Positions 1 through 10,676 of a stretch of 64,000 nucleotides of DNA are shown one piece after another. The notes under the pieces are model-generated. The model did not search any database and had not been told where the DNA came from. It worked only from the letters and a program-made list of their open reading frames with translations. The stretch lies in the NCBI RefSeq assembly GCF_009931435.1, contig NZ_CP043414.1. One strand, 5' to 3'. The position numbers and the translations under genes were made by a program. Source of the stretch: Escherichia coli (GTDB taxonomy: Bacteria; Pseudomonadota; Gammaproteobacteria; Enterobacterales; Enterobacteriaceae). The number at the start of each line of letters is the position of its first letter. The stretch's first letter is position 1.

Positions 1-119
1 TTGAGTAACAGCGAAGGATTGGTGGTGGCATCCTGGGGATGATAATGGCGAATGGATTCAATATCGCCGCTGTCTGCCACGACAGTGGTGAACTGTTTGA
101 TGCCGTCTAACTCGTTCAT
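1..119 (-). CDS. talA: transaldolase A, N-terminal part; gene continues beyond window start
   Basis: Reverse complement of 1-119 translates [26 protein letters not shown]..., a transaldolase N-terminus; ATG at 117-119; divergent from maeB. Confidence 0.8.
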   Translation of the reverse strand, partial: MNELDGIKQFTTVVADSGDIESIRHYHPQDATTNPSLLL

Positions 120-407
120 AGGAAATACTCCTTGAAAAGTAAAGTGTTAGATGAGTGCGTTAATTCACACTTCTGAGAAATTTCGCTAAACGCATCAAAA
201 AAGCATAGCAGACAGGCATGGTATTGCTGGATTAAGCAGGTAACATCAGTGTTATAGGATTATTACCAAAACATTATGTTAATGGTGAGAGTTTGGACTT
301 GCTCAAAGTCTGTAGACTCCGGCAAGGTAATAATGTGCGCCACGTTGTGGGCAGGGGCTGTTGCCCACACACTTTATTTGTGAACGTTACGTGAAAGGAA
401 CAACCAA

Positions 408-2687
408 ATGGATGACCAGTTAAAACAAAGTGCACTTGATTTCCATGAATTTCCAGTTCCAGGGAAAATCCAGGTTTCTCCAACCAAGCCTCTGGCAACG
501 CAGCGCGATCTGGCGCTGGCCTACTCACCAGGCGTTGCCGCACCTTGTCTTGAAATCGAAAAAGACCCGTTAAAAGCCTACAAATATACCGCTCGTGGTA
601 ACCTGGTGGCGGTGATCTCTAACGGTACGGCGGTGCTGGGGTTAGGCAACATTGGCGCGCTGGCAGGCAAACCGGTGATGGAAGGCAAGGGCGTTCTGTT
701 TAAGAAATTCGCCGGGATTGATGTATTTGACATTGAAGTTGATGAACTTGACCCGGACAAATTTATTGAAGTTGTCGCTGCGCTCGAACCGACCTTCGGC
801 GGCATCAACCTCGAAGACATTAAAGCGCCAGAATGTTTCTATATTGAACAGAAACTGCGCGAGCGGATGAATATTCCAGTATTCCACGACGATCAGCACG
901 GCACGGCAATTATCAGCACTGCAGCCATCCTCAACGGATTGCGCGTGGTGGAGAAAAACATCTCCGACGTGCGGATGGTGGTTTCCGGCGCGGGTGCAGC
1001 AGCAATTGCCTGTATGAACCTGCTGGTGGCGCTGGGGCTGCAAAAACATAACATCGTGGTTTGTGATTCAAAAGGCGTTATCTATCAGGGCCGTGAGCCA
1101 AATATGGCGGAAACCAAAGCCGCATATGCGGTGGTAGATGACGGCAAACGTACCCTCGATGATGTAATTGAAGGCGCGGATATTTTCCTGGGCTGTTCCG
1201 GCCCGAAAGTGCTGACCCAGGAAATGGTTAAGAAAATGGCTCGTGCGCCGATGATCCTGGCGCTTGCGAACCCGGAACCAGAAATTCTGCCGCCGCTGGC
1301 GAAAGAAGTGCGTCCGGATGCCATCATCTGTACCGGCCGTTCCGACTACCCGAACCAGGTTAATAACGTGCTTTGCTTCCCATTCATCTTCCGTGGCGCG
1401 TTGGACGTTGGTGCAACTGCCATCAACGAGGAAATGAAACTGGCGGCGGTACGCGCGATTGCAGAACTGGCCCATGCGGAACAGAGCGAAGTCGTTGCTT
1501 CGGCGTATGGCGATCAAGATCTGAGCTTCGGCCCGGAATACATCATTCCAAAACCGTTTGATCCGCGTTTGATCGTTAAGATCGCTCCTGCGGTCGCTAA
1601 AGCGGCGATGGAGTCGGGTGTGGCGACGCGTCCGATTGCTGATTTCGACGTCTACATCGACAAGCTGACTGAGTTCGTTTACAAAACCAACCTGTTTATG
1701 AAGCCGATTTTCTCCCAGGCCCGCAAAGCGCCGAAGCGCGTTGTTTTACCGGAAGGGGAAGAGGCACGCGTTCTGCATGCTACTCAGGAACTGGTGACTC
1801 TGGGACTGGCGAAACCGATCCTTATCGGTCGTCCGAACGTGATCGAAATGCGCATTCAAAAACTGGGCTTGCAGATCAAAGCGGGCGTTGATTTTGAGAT
1901 CGTCAATAACGAATCCGATCCGCGTTTTAAAGAATACTGGACCGAATACTTCCAGATCATGAAGCGCCGTGGTGTAACTCAGGAGCAGGCGCAGCGGGCA
2001 CTGATCAGTAACCCGACAGTGATCGGCGCGATCATGGTTCAGCGTGGCGAAGCCGATGCAATGATTTGCGGTACGGTGGGCGATTATCATGAACACTTCA
2101 GCGTGGTGAAAAATGTCTTTGGTTATCGCGATGGCGTTCACACCGCAGGCGCAATGAACGCGCTGCTATTGCCGAGTGGTAACACTTTTATTGCCGATAC
2201 CTACGTCAATGACGAGCCAGACGCAGAAGAGTTGGCGGAGATCACCTTGATGGCGGCAGAAACTGTTCGTCGTTTTGGTATTGAGCCGCGTGTGGCTCTG
2301 TTGTCACACTCCAACTTTGGTTCTTCTGACTGCCCGTCGTCGAGCAAAATGCGTCAAGCGCTGGAACTGGTCAGAGAGCGTGCGCCAGAACTGATGATTG
2401 ATGGTGAAATGCACGGCGATGCAGCGCTGGTGGAAGCGATTCGCAGCGATCGTATGCCGGACAGCCCTTTGAAAGGTTCCGCCAATATTCTGGTGATGCC
2501 GAACATGGAAGCTGCCCGTATTAGTTACAACTTACTGCGCGTTTCCAGCTCGGAAGGTGTGACTGTCGGTCCGGTGCTGATGGGTGTGGCGAAACCGGTT
2601 CACGTGTTAACACCAATCGCATCCGTACGTCGTATCGTCAACATGGTGGCGCTGGCCGTGGTTGAAGCGCAAACCCAACCGCTGTAA
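408..2687 (+). CDS. maeB: NADP-dependent malic enzyme with C-terminal phosphotransacetylase-like domain
   Basis: 759 aa ORF; malic enzyme N-terminal domain and PTA-like C-terminal domain recognisable in translation. Confidence 0.93.
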   Translation: MDDQLKQSALDFHEFPVPGKIQVSPTKPLATQRDLALAYSPGVAAPCLEIEKDPLKAYKYTARGNLVAVISNGTAVLGLGNIGALAGKPVMEGKGVLFKKFAGIDVFDIEVDELDPDKFIEVVAALEPTFGGINLEDIKAPECFYIEQKLRERMNIPVFHDDQHGTAIISTAAILNGLRVVEKNISDVRMVVSGAGAAAIACMNLLVALGLQKHNIVVCDSKGVIYQGREPNMAETKAAYAVVDDGKRTLDDVIEGADIFLGCSGPKVLTQEMVKKMARAPMILALANPEPEILPPLAKEVRPDAIICTGRSDYPNQVNNVLCFPFIFRGALDVGATAINEEMKLAAVRAIAELAHAEQSEVVASAYGDQDLSFGPEYIIPKPFDPRLIVKIAPAVAKAAMESGVATRPIADFDVYIDKLTEFVYKTNLFMKPIFSQARKAPKRVVLPEGEEARVLHATQELVTLGLAKPILIGRPNVIEMRIQKLGLQIKAGVDFEIVNNESDPRFKEYWTEYFQIMKRRGVTQEQAQRALISNPTVIGAIMVQRGEADAMICGTVGDYHEHFSVVKNVFGYRDGVHTAGAMNALLLPSGNTFIADTYVNDEPDAEELAEITLMAAETVRRFGIEPRVALLSHSNFGSSDCPSSSKMRQALELVRERAPELMIDGEMHGDAALVEAIRSDRMPDSPLKGSANILVMPNMEAARISYNLLRVSSSEGVTVGPVLMGVAKPVHVLTPIASVRRIVNMVALAVVEAQTQPL

Positions 2688-2705
2688 TTCATTCTTAACT
2701 CTCAC

Positions 2706-2738
2706 GCTTACCCTGAATATTCAGGGTAAGCGGTTTTA
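2706..2738 (+). terminator. intrinsic terminator downstream of maeB
   Basis: Inverted repeat gcttaccctgaa/tat/tcagggtaagc followed by ggtttt, 19 nt after the maeB stop codon. Confidence 0.6.
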
Positions 2739-2739
2739 C

Positions 2740-2978
2740 TGCAATATATTAGTAAAGCTTATTACTAAGTTTTCGAGTAATAAAAAAGCAGCATATAAAC
2801 TATCTCGATATTATTTTATTTATATTCATGCGTCGCATATGAAAGTTTATTCATAACAGTAAATATCTCTCCATTCTTAGTGATCTATCTCACCTTTTAA
2901 ACGCGCTTGCCGAATTTTGTTATTTACTCTGACGAAAAATTGTCACGATACACGAAAGTTTTTCACAGGCGGCGACTC
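2740..2978 (+). promoter_or_regulatory. AT-rich region upstream of eutS, expected position of main eut operon promoter
   Basis: AT-rich 240 bp between the maeB terminator and eutS start; individual -35/-10 or EutR site not resolved. Confidence 0.3.
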
Positions 2979-3314
2979 ATGGATAAAGAACGCATCATTC
3001 AGGAATTTGTGCCCGGCAAACAGGTCACGCTGGCGCATCTCATCGCGCATCCCGGCGAGGAACTGGCGAAGAAAATCGGCGTTCCGGATGCGGGCGCAAT
3101 CGGCATTATGACGCTAACTCCCGGCGAAACGGCGATGATCGCCGGTGATTTAGCGCTGAAAGCTGCCGATGTGCATATCGGTTTCCTCGACCGTTTTAGC
3201 GGCGCACTGGTGATTTATGGTTCGGTGGGCGCAGTAGAAGAAGCGTTATCACAAACCGTCAGCGGTTTAGGACGCTTATTAAATTATACGCTGTGTGAAA
3301 TGACCAAAAGTTAA
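2979..3314 (+). CDS. eutS: ethanolamine utilisation microcompartment shell protein EutS
   Basis: 111 aa from internal ATG at 2979 ([10 protein letters not shown]...); BMC-domain shell protein; first gene of eut cluster. Confidence 0.88.
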
Positions 3315-3326
3315 TACGAGGCATTC

Positions 3327-3806
3327 ATGAAACGAATTGCGTTTGTGGGTGTCGTCGGGGCAGGAAAAACAACGTTATTTAATGCGTTGCAGGGGAATTA
3401 TACCCTCGCCAGAAAAACACAGGCCGTGGAATTTAATGATAAGGGCGATATTGATACGCCGGGTGAATATTTTAGCCATCCCCGCTGGTATCACGCCTTA
3501 ATTACCACGCTACAGGATGTGGACATGCTGATTTATGTCCACGGCGCGAATGACCCGGAAAGCCGATTGCCTGCCGGGTTGCTGGATATTGGTGCCAGCA
3601 AACGGCAAATCGCCGTCATCAGTAAAACGGACATGCCGGATGCTGACGTCGCAGCAACGCGAAAGTTATTGCTTGAAACTGGTTTTGAAGAGCCGATTTT
3701 CGAGCTAAACAGCCACGACCCGCAAAGCGTGCAGCAACTGGTGAATTATCTGGCATCTCTCACCGAACAGGAGGAAGCAGGTGAAAAAACTCATCACAGC
3801 GAATGA
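3327..3806 (+). CDS. eutP: ethanolamine utilisation GTPase/acetate kinase-like protein EutP
   Basis: 159 aa; P-loop GVVGAGKTT near N-terminus; eut operon position. Confidence 0.88.
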   Translation: MKRIAFVGVVGAGKTTLFNALQGNYTLARKTQAVEFNDKGDIDTPGEYFSHPRWYHALITTLQDVDMLIYVHGANDPESRLPAGLLDIGASKRQIAVISKTDMPDADVAATRKLLLETGFEEPIFELNSHDPQSVQQLVNYLASLTEQEEAGEKTHHSE

Positions 3807-4482
3807 TATTCGTGAAGCACATGCGCGCGGCGAACAGGCAATGTCTGTGGTTCTGCGCGCCAGCATTATTACCCCGGAAGCCCGCGAAGTGGCGGACTTG
3901 CTGGGGTTTACCATCACCGAATGCACTGAATCGACGCCAGTAGCGGCATCTGTTCCCGTCAGCGTGCCTGCCGATAAAACTGAAAGCCAGCGTATCCGCG
4001 AAACCATCATCGCCCAGCTGCCGGAAGGCCAGTTTACCGAAAGCCTGGTCGCGCAGCTGATGGAAAAAGTGATGAAGGAAAAACAGTCGCTGGAGCAGGG
4101 GGCAATGCAGCCGAGTTTTAAATCGGTGACCGGCAAAGGCGGCATCAAAGTTATTGATGGCAGCAGCGTGAAGTTTGGTCGTTTCGATGGCGCGGAACCG
4201 CACTGCGTAGGCTTGACTGATCTCGTGACCGGAGACGACGGCAGCAGCATGGCCGCCGGTTTTATGCAGTGGGAGAACGCCTTCTTCCCGTGGACCCTGA
4301 ACTACGACGAAATCGACATGGTACTGGAAGGGGAGCTTCATGTTCGCCATGAAGGCGAAACCATGATCGCCAAAGCGGGCGACGTGATGTTTATCCCGAA
4401 AGGCTCCAGCATCGAATTTGGTACGACATCCAGCGTGAAATTCCTGTATGTCGCCTGGCCGGCTAACTGGCAATCCCTATGA
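3781..4482 (+). CDS. eutQ: ethanolamine utilisation cupin-domain protein EutQ
   Basis: 233 aa ORF overlapping the eutP 3' end by 26 nt; operon position. Confidence 0.85.
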   Translation: MKKLITANDIREAHARGEQAMSVVLRASIITPEAREVADLLGFTITECTESTPVAASVPVSVPADKTESQRIRETIIAQLPEGQFTESLVAQLMEKVMKEKQSLEQGAMQPSFKSVTGKGGIKVIDGSSVKFGRFDGAEPHCVGLTDLVTGDDGSSMAAGFMQWENAFFPWTLNYDEIDMVLEGELHVRHEGETMIAKAGDVMFIPKGSSIEFGTTSSVKFLYVAWPANWQSL

Positions 4483-5282
4483 AAGATTTCATCACCGAAG
4501 CATGGCTAAGAGCGAACCATACGCTCAGCGAAGGCGCAGAGATCCATCTCCCTGCGGACAGTCGCCTGACGCCCTCTGCCCGGGAGTTACTGGAAAGCCG
4601 CCATCTGCGCATCAAGTTTATTGACGAGCAGGGCCGCCTGTTTGTTGACGATGAACAGCAGCAGCTACAGCCCGTTCACGTGCTGACCAGTAGTGATGAA
4701 CATCCGCAGGCGTGCTGCGAACTGTGTCACCAGCCAGTGGCGAAAAAGCCGGACACGCTGACTCACCTGTCGGCGGAAAAAATGGTCGCCAAAAGCGATC
4801 CGCGCCTGGGTTTTCGCGCTGTTCTCGACAGCACCATTGCGCTGGTAGTGTGGCTGCAAATTGAACTGACAGAACCGTGGCAGCCGTGGCTGGCGGATAT
4901 CCGTTCGCGTCTTGGCAACATTATGCGTGCCGATGTGTTGGGCGAACCGCTGGGCTGCCAGGCGATTGTCGGGTTTTCTGACGAAGATCTGCATCGACTT
5001 TCTCACCAGCCACTACGTTATCTCGACCACGATCATCTGGTGCCGGAAGCCAGCCACGGACGTGATGCGGCGTTGCTGAATCTGCTACGCACCAAAGTGC
5101 GGGAAACCGAAACCGTAGCGGCGCAGGTGTTTATCACCCGCAGTTTTGAAGTATTACGCCCGGACATCTTACAGGCGCTGAACCGCCTTTCCAGCACGGT
5201 CTACGTGATGATGATTTTGAGCGTAACGAAGCAGCCGCTAACGGTGAAACAGATCCAACAACGACTGGGAGAGACGCAATGA
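4479..5282 (+). CDS. eutT: ethanolamine utilisation cob(I)alamin adenosyltransferase EutT
   Basis: 267 aa; 4-nt start/stop overlap with eutQ and eutD; operon position. Confidence 0.88.
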   Translation: MKDFITEAWLRANHTLSEGAEIHLPADSRLTPSARELLESRHLRIKFIDEQGRLFVDDEQQQLQPVHVLTSSDEHPQACCELCHQPVAKKPDTLTHLSAEKMVAKSDPRLGFRAVLDSTIALVVWLQIELTEPWQPWLADIRSRLGNIMRADVLGEPLGCQAIVGFSDEDLHRLSHQPLRYLDHDHLVPEASHGRDAALLNLLRTKVRETETVAAQVFITRSFEVLRPDILQALNRLSSTVYVMMILSVTKQPLTVKQIQQRLGETQ

Positions 5283-6295
5283 TTATTGAACGTTGTCGTG
5301 AACTGGCGTTGCGAGCGCCCGCCAGAGTAGTTTTTCCGGATGCGTTAGATCAACGTGTGCTGAAAGCTGCGCAATATTTACATCAACAAGGTCTGGCAAC
5401 GCCCATTCTGGTCGCCAATCCGTTTGAACTTCGTCAGTTTGCGCTCAGCCACGGCGTGGCGATGGACGGGCTACTGGTGATTGATCCTCATAGCAACCTC
5501 GCAATGCGGGAAGAATTTGCTCATCGCTGGCTGGCCCGCGCGGGCGAAAAAACGCCGCCGGATGCGCTGGAAAAACTTACCGATCCGCTGATGTTCGCCG
5601 CCGCAATGGTCAGCGCCGGTAAAGCGGATGTCTGTATCGCGGGCAACCTCTCTTCCACGGCGAATGTGCTGCGTGCCGGATTACGCATTATCGGCTTGCA
5701 GCAAGGCTGTAAAACGCTCTCCTCCATTTTCCTGATGCTGCCACAGTACAGCGGTCCAGCGTTGGGCTTTGCCGATTGCAGCGTAGTGCCACAGCCGACG
5801 GCGGCACAACTGGCGGATATCGCGCTTGCCAGCGCCGAAACCTGGCGAGCCATCACCGGAGAAGAGCCGCGGGTGGCGATGTTGTCGTTCTCCAGTAACG
5901 GCAGCGCCCGTCACCCCTGCGTTGCCAACGTCCAGCAAGCGACAGAAATCGTCCGTGAGCGCGCACCGCAGCTGGTCGTCGATGGCGAGTTGCAGTTTGA
6001 CGCCGCCTTTGTGCCAGAAGTGGCGGCGCAAAAAGCGCCAGCCAGCCCGCTACAGGGCAAAGCCAATGTGATGGTTTTTCCGTCGCTGGAGGCGGGAAAT
6101 ATTGGCTACAAAATCGCACAACGACTTGGCGGATATCGTGCCGTCGGGCCATTGATACAAGGACTTGCCGCGCCGATGCACGATCTTTCTCGTGGTTGTA
6201 GCGTGCAGGAAATTATCGAGCTGGCGCTGGTGGCAGCTGTGCCGCGTCAGACAAAAGTGAACCGCGAAAGCAGTTTACAAACACTGGTTGAATGA
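5279..6295 (+). CDS. eutD: phosphotransacetylase EutD
   Basis: 338 aa; PTA family sequence; operon position. Confidence 0.9.
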   Translation: MIIERCRELALRAPARVVFPDALDQRVLKAAQYLHQQGLATPILVANPFELRQFALSHGVAMDGLLVIDPHSNLAMREEFAHRWLARAGEKTPPDALEKLTDPLMFAAAMVSAGKADVCIAGNLSSTANVLRAGLRIIGLQQGCKTLSSIFLMLPQYSGPALGFADCSVVPQPTAAQLADIALASAETWRAITGEEPRVAMLSFSSNGSARHPCVANVQQATEIVRERAPQLVVDGELQFDAAFVPEVAAQKAPASPLQGKANVMVFPSLEAGNIGYKIAQRLGGYRAVGPLIQGLAAPMHDLSRGCSVQEIIELALVAAVPRQTKVNRESSLQTLVE

Positions 6296-6333
6296 ACGGT
6301 CCCGTTCTGGACCCCTATAAAGAGGAAAACACA

Positions 6334-6627
6334 ATGGAAGCATTAGGAATGATCGAAACCCGGGGCCTGGTTGCACTGATTGAGGCTTCTGACGCGATGG
6401 TGAAAGCTGCGCGCGTCAAGCTGGTTGGTGTTAAGCAGATTGGCGGCGGCCTGTGTACTGCCATGGTTCGTGGTGATGTTGCAGCCTGTAAAGCCGCAAC
6501 CGATGCCGGTGCCGCAGCGGCACAGCGTATCGGTGAACTGGTATCCGTACATGTTATTCCGCGTCCGCACGGCGATCTGGAAGAGGTCTTCCCGATCGGC
6601 CTGAAAGGCGATAGCAGCAACCTGTAA
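6334..6627 (+). CDS. eutM: microcompartment shell protein EutM (BMC-H)
   Basis: 97 aa from ATG at 6334 ([26 protein letters not shown]...), canonical BMC domain; RBS agagga at 6321-6326. Confidence 0.9.
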   Translation: MEALGMIETRGLVALIEASDAMVKAARVKLVGVKQIGGGLCTAMVRGDVAACKAATDAGAAAAQRIGELVSVHVIPRPHGDLEEVFPIGLKGDSSNL

Positions 6628-6733
6628 TCACCCTGTGTGACGTCGATCCGGGCGTCACGCTCTCTCCTTTTTCAGTTTACCTTCCGCGGAGGGTAGGGGG
6701 AGCTTTTACCTGAAATACGCCACGGAGGCGGGT

Positions 6734-7021
6734 ATGAAACTGGCAGTCGTCACTGGACAAATTGTTTGTACCGTACGCCATCACGGACTGGCGCATGACA
6801 AATTGCTGATGGTGGAAATGATTGATCCACAAGGTAATCCTGACGGGCAATGCGCCGTCGCCATCGACAATATTGGCGCGGGAACCGGGGAGTGGGTGTT
6901 GCTGGTGAGTGGCAGTTCCGCCCGCCAGGCGCATAAAAGCGAAACGTCACCGGTCGATCTGTGCGTAATTGGCATTGTCGATGAGGTGGTCTCTGGCGGT
7001 CAGGTAATTTTCCACAAATAA
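6734..7021 (+). CDS. eutN: microcompartment vertex protein EutN (BMV/pentamer family)
   Basis: 95 aa; EutN/CcmL-like sequence; operon position. Confidence 0.88.
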   Translation: MKLAVVTGQIVCTVRHHGLAHDKLLMVEMIDPQGNPDGQCAVAIDNIGAGTGEWVLLVSGSSARQAHKSETSPVDLCVIGIVDEVVSGGQVIFHK

Positions 7022-7032
7022 GGCAGAACATC

Positions 7033-8436
7033 ATGAATCAACAGGATATTGAACAGGTGGTGAAAGCGGTACTGCTGAAAATGCAAAGCAGTGACACGCC
7101 GCCCGCCGCCGTTCATGAGATGGGCGTTTTTGCTTCCCTGGATGACGCCGTTGCGGCAGCCAAAATTGCCCAGCAAGGGTTAAAGAGCGTGGCAATGCGC
7201 CAGTTAGCCATTGCCGCTATTCGTGAAGCAGGCGAAAAACACGCCAGAGATTTAGCGGAACTTGCCGTCAGTGAAACGGGTATGGGCCGCGTAGAAGATA
7301 AATTTGCCAAAAACGTCGCTCAGGCACGCGGTACGCCAGGCGTTGAGTGCCTCTCTCCACAGGTGCTGACCGGTGACAACGGCCTGACTTTAATTGAAAA
7401 CGCGCCCTGGGGCGTGGTGGCTTCGGTGACGCCTTCCACTAACCCGGCGGCAACCGTAATTAATAACGCCATCAGCCTGATTGCCGCGGGCAACAGCGTC
7501 ATTTTTGCCCCGCATCCGGCGGCGAAAAAAGTCTCTCAACGGGCTATTACGCTGCTCAACCAGGCGATTGTTGCCGCAGGCGGGCCGGAAAACTTACTGG
7601 TTACTGTGGCCAATCCGGATATCGAAACCGCGCAACGTTTGTTCAAGTTCCCGGGTATCGGCCTGCTGGTGGTGACCGGCGGCGAAGCGGTAGTGGAAGC
7701 GGCGCGTAAACACACCAATAAACGTCTGATTGCCGCAGGCGCTGGCAACCCACCGGTAGTGGTGGATGAAACCGCCGACCTCGCCCGTGCCGCTCAGTCT
7801 ATCGTCAAAGGCGCTTCTTTCGATAACAACATCATTTGTGCCGATGAAAAGGTGCTGATTGTTGTTGATAGCGTAGCCGATGAACTAATGCGTCTGATGG
7901 AAGGCCAGCATGCGGTGAAACTGACCGCAGAACAGGCACAGCAGTTACAACCGGTGTTGCTGAAAAATATCGATGAGCGCGGAAAAGGCACCGTCAGCCG
8001 TGACTGGGTGGGTCGCGATGCGGCGAAAATCGCGGCGGCAATCGGCCTGAACGTGCCGCAAGAAACGCGCTTGCTGTTTGTAGAAACCCCCGCAGAACAT
8101 CCGTTTGCCGTGACCGAACTGATGATGCCAGTGCTGCCGGTCGTGCGCGTCGCCAACGTGGCGGATGCCATTGCGCTGGCGGTGAAACTGGAAGGCGGTT
8201 GCCACCACACGGCGGCAATGCACTCGCGCAATATCGAGAACATGAACCAAATGGCGAACGCCATTGATACCAGTATTTTCGTTAAGAACGGACCGTGCAT
8301 TGCCGGGCTGGGGCTGGGCGGGGAAGGCTGGACCACGATGACCATCACCACGCCAACCGGTGAAGGGGTAACCAGCGCGCGTACGTTTGTCCGTCTGCGT
8401 CGCTGTGTATTAGTCGATGCGTTTCGCATTGTTTAA
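7033..8436 (+). CDS. eutE: CoA-acylating acetaldehyde dehydrogenase EutE
   Basis: 467 aa aldehyde dehydrogenase family ORF; operon position. Confidence 0.9.
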   Translation: MNQQDIEQVVKAVLLKMQSSDTPPAAVHEMGVFASLDDAVAAAKIAQQGLKSVAMRQLAIAAIREAGEKHARDLAELAVSETGMGRVEDKFAKNVAQARGTPGVECLSPQVLTGDNGLTLIENAPWGVVASVTPSTNPAATVINNAISLIAAGNSVIFAPHPAAKKVSQRAITLLNQAIVAAGGPENLLVTVANPDIETAQRLFKFPGIGLLVVTGGEAVVEAARKHTNKRLIAAGAGNPPVVVDETADLARAAQSIVKGASFDNNIICADEKVLIVVDSVADELMRLMEGQHAVKLTAEQAQQLQPVLLKNIDERGKGTVSRDWVGRDAAKIAAAIGLNVPQETRLLFVETPAEHPFAVTELMMPVLPVVRVANVADAIALAVKLEGGCHHTAAMHSRNIENMNQMANAIDTSIFVKNGPCIAGLGLGGEGWTTMTITTPTGEGVTSARTFVRLRRCVLVDAFRIV

Positions 8437-8446
8437 GGAGTAACCG

Positions 8447-9283
8447 ATGGCGCACGACGAACAATGGCTTACCCCGCGTCTGCAAACGGCGGCAACGCTG
8501 TGTAACCAGACGCCCGCCACCACGGAGTCTCCGTTGTGGTTAGGGGTGGATCTGGGCACCTGCGATGTGGTGTCGATGGTTGTCGACGGCGACGGTCAGC
8601 CGGTGGCGGTATGCCTCGACTGGGCCGATGTGGTCCGCGACGGCATCGTCTGGGATTTCTTCGGTGCAGTTACGATTGTTCGTCGCCATCTCGATACCCT
8701 CGAGCAGCAATTTGGTCGCCGTTTTAGCCGTGCGGCGACTTCATTTCCACCAGGTACGGATCCGCGTATTTCCATCAATGTGCTGGAGTCTGCCGGGCTG
8801 GAAGTGAGCCATGTGCTGGATGAGCCAACCGCAGTCGCGGATCTACTGCAACTGGACAACGCCGGTGTAGTGGATATTGGCGGCGGCACTACCGGAATTG
8901 CCATCGTGAAAAAGGGCAAGGTGACTTATTCAGCGGATGAAGCGACCGGCGGACATCACATTTCTCTGACTCTCGCCGGAAATCGCCGTATTTCGCTGGA
9001 AGAGGCAGAGCAGTACAAGCGCGGTCACGGTGACGAGATTTGGCCTGCGGTGAAGCCGGTGTACGAAAAAATGGCGGACATTGTTGCCCGGCATATTGAA
9101 GGGCAGGGCATTACTGATTTATGGCTGGCGGGCGGCTCCTGTATGCAACCGGGCGTGGCGGAACTGTTTTGCAAACAATTCCCGGCGTTACAGGTGCATC
9201 TACCGCAGCACAGTTTGTTTATGACCCCGCTGGCGATCGCCAGTAGCGGGCGAGAGAAAGCGGAGGGGATCTATGCAAAATGA
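8447..9283 (+). CDS. eutJ: ethanolamine utilisation chaperone-like protein EutJ (actin/Hsp70 fold)
   Basis: 278 aa; DLGTCDV and DIGGGTTG ATPase motifs. Confidence 0.88.
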   Translation: MAHDEQWLTPRLQTAATLCNQTPATTESPLWLGVDLGTCDVVSMVVDGDGQPVAVCLDWADVVRDGIVWDFFGAVTIVRRHLDTLEQQFGRRFSRAATSFPPGTDPRISINVLESAGLEVSHVLDEPTAVADLLQLDNAGVVDIGGGTTGIAIVKKGKVTYSADEATGGHHISLTLAGNRRISLEEAEQYKRGHGDEIWPAVKPVYEKMADIVARHIEGQGITDLWLAGGSCMQPGVAELFCKQFPALQVHLPQHSLFMTPLAIASSGREKAEGIYAK

Positions 9284-10460
9284 ATTGCAGACCGCGCTCT
9301 TTCAGGCGTTCGATACCCTGAATCTGCAACGGGTAAAAACATTTAGCGTTCCACCGGTGACGCTTTGCGGTCCGGGCGCGGTGAGCAGTTGCGGACAGCA
9401 AGCGCAAACGCGTGGGCTGAAACATCTGTTCGTGATGGCAGACAGCTTTTTGCATCAGGCAGGGATGACCGCCGGGCTGACGCGTAGCCTGGCCGTTAAA
9501 GGTATCGCCATGACGCTCTGGCCATGTCCGGTGGGCGAACCGTGCATCACTGACGTGTGTGCCGCCGTGGCGCAGTTGCGTGAATCAGGCTGTGATGGGG
9601 TGATCGCGTTTGGCGGTGGCTCGGTGCTGGATGCGGCAAAAGCCGTGGCGTTGCTGGTAACGAATCCCGATAGCACGCTGGCAGAAATGTCAGAAACCAG
9701 CGTTCTGCAACCGCGCCTGCCGTTGATTGCCATTCCAACTACCGCCGGAACCGGCTCTGAAACCACCAATGTAACGGTGATTATCGACGCGGTGAGCGGG
9801 CGCAAGCAGGTGTTAGCACATGCCTCGTTGATGCCGGATGTGGCGATTCTCGACGCCGCGCTGACCGAAGGTGTGCCGTCGCATGTCACGGCAATGACCG
9901 GTATCGACGCGTTAACTCATGCCATTGAAGCGTACAGCGCGCTGAACGCTACACCGTTTACAGACAGCCTGGCGATTGGCGCAATTGCGATGATTGGTAA
10001 ATCACTGCCGAAAGCAGTGGGTTACGGTCATGACCTTGCCGCGCGCGAGAGTATGTTGCTGGCTTCATGCATGGCGGGAATGGCATTTTCCAGTGCCGGA
10101 CTTGGGTTATGTCACGCGATGGCGCATCAGCCGGGGGCGGCGCTGCATATTCCGCACGGTCTGGCGAACGCCATGCTGCTGCCCACGGTGATGGAGTTTA
10201 ACCGGATGGTCTGTCGCGAACGGTTTAGTCAGATTGGTCGGGCGCTGCGAACTAAAAAATCCGACGATCGTGACGCTATTAACGCGGTAAGTGAGCTGAT
10301 TGCGGAAGTCGGGATTGGTAAACGACTGGGCGATGTTGGTGCGGCATCTGCGCATTACGGCGCATGGGCGCAGGCCGCGCTGGAAGATATTTGTCTGCGC
10401 AGCAACCCGCGTACCGCCAGCCTGGAGCAGATTGTCGGCTTGTACGCAGCGGCGCAATAA
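9273..10460 (+). CDS. eutG: iron-containing alcohol dehydrogenase EutG
   Basis: 395 aa Fe-ADH family ORF; operon position. Confidence 0.9.
   Translation: MQNELQTALFQAFDTLNLQRVKTFSVPPVTLCGPGAVSSCGQQAQTRGLKHLFVMADSFLHQAGMTAGLTRSLAVKGIAMTLWPCPVGEPCITDVCAAVAQLRESGCDGVIAFGGGSVLDAAKAVALLVTNPDSTLAEMSETSVLQPRLPLIAIPTTAGTGSETTNVTVIIDAVSGRKQVLAHASLMPDVAILDAALTEGVPSHVTAMTGIDALTHAIEAYSALNATPFTDSLAIGAIAMIGKSLPKAVGYGHDLAARESMLLASCMAGMAFSSAGLGLCHAMAHQPGAALHIPHGLANAMLLPTVMEFNRMVCRERFSQIGRALRTKKSDDRDAINAVSELIAEVGIGKRLGDVGAASAHYGAWAQAALEDICLRSNPRTASLEQIVGLYAAAQ

Positions 10461-10676
<216 letters not shown>

Noticed and set aside
2662-2856. 64-aa ORF downstream of maeB
   Set aside because: Spans the maeB terminator and the AT-rich eut promoter region; Lys/Tyr/Ile-rich translation typical of AT-rich noncoding DNA.
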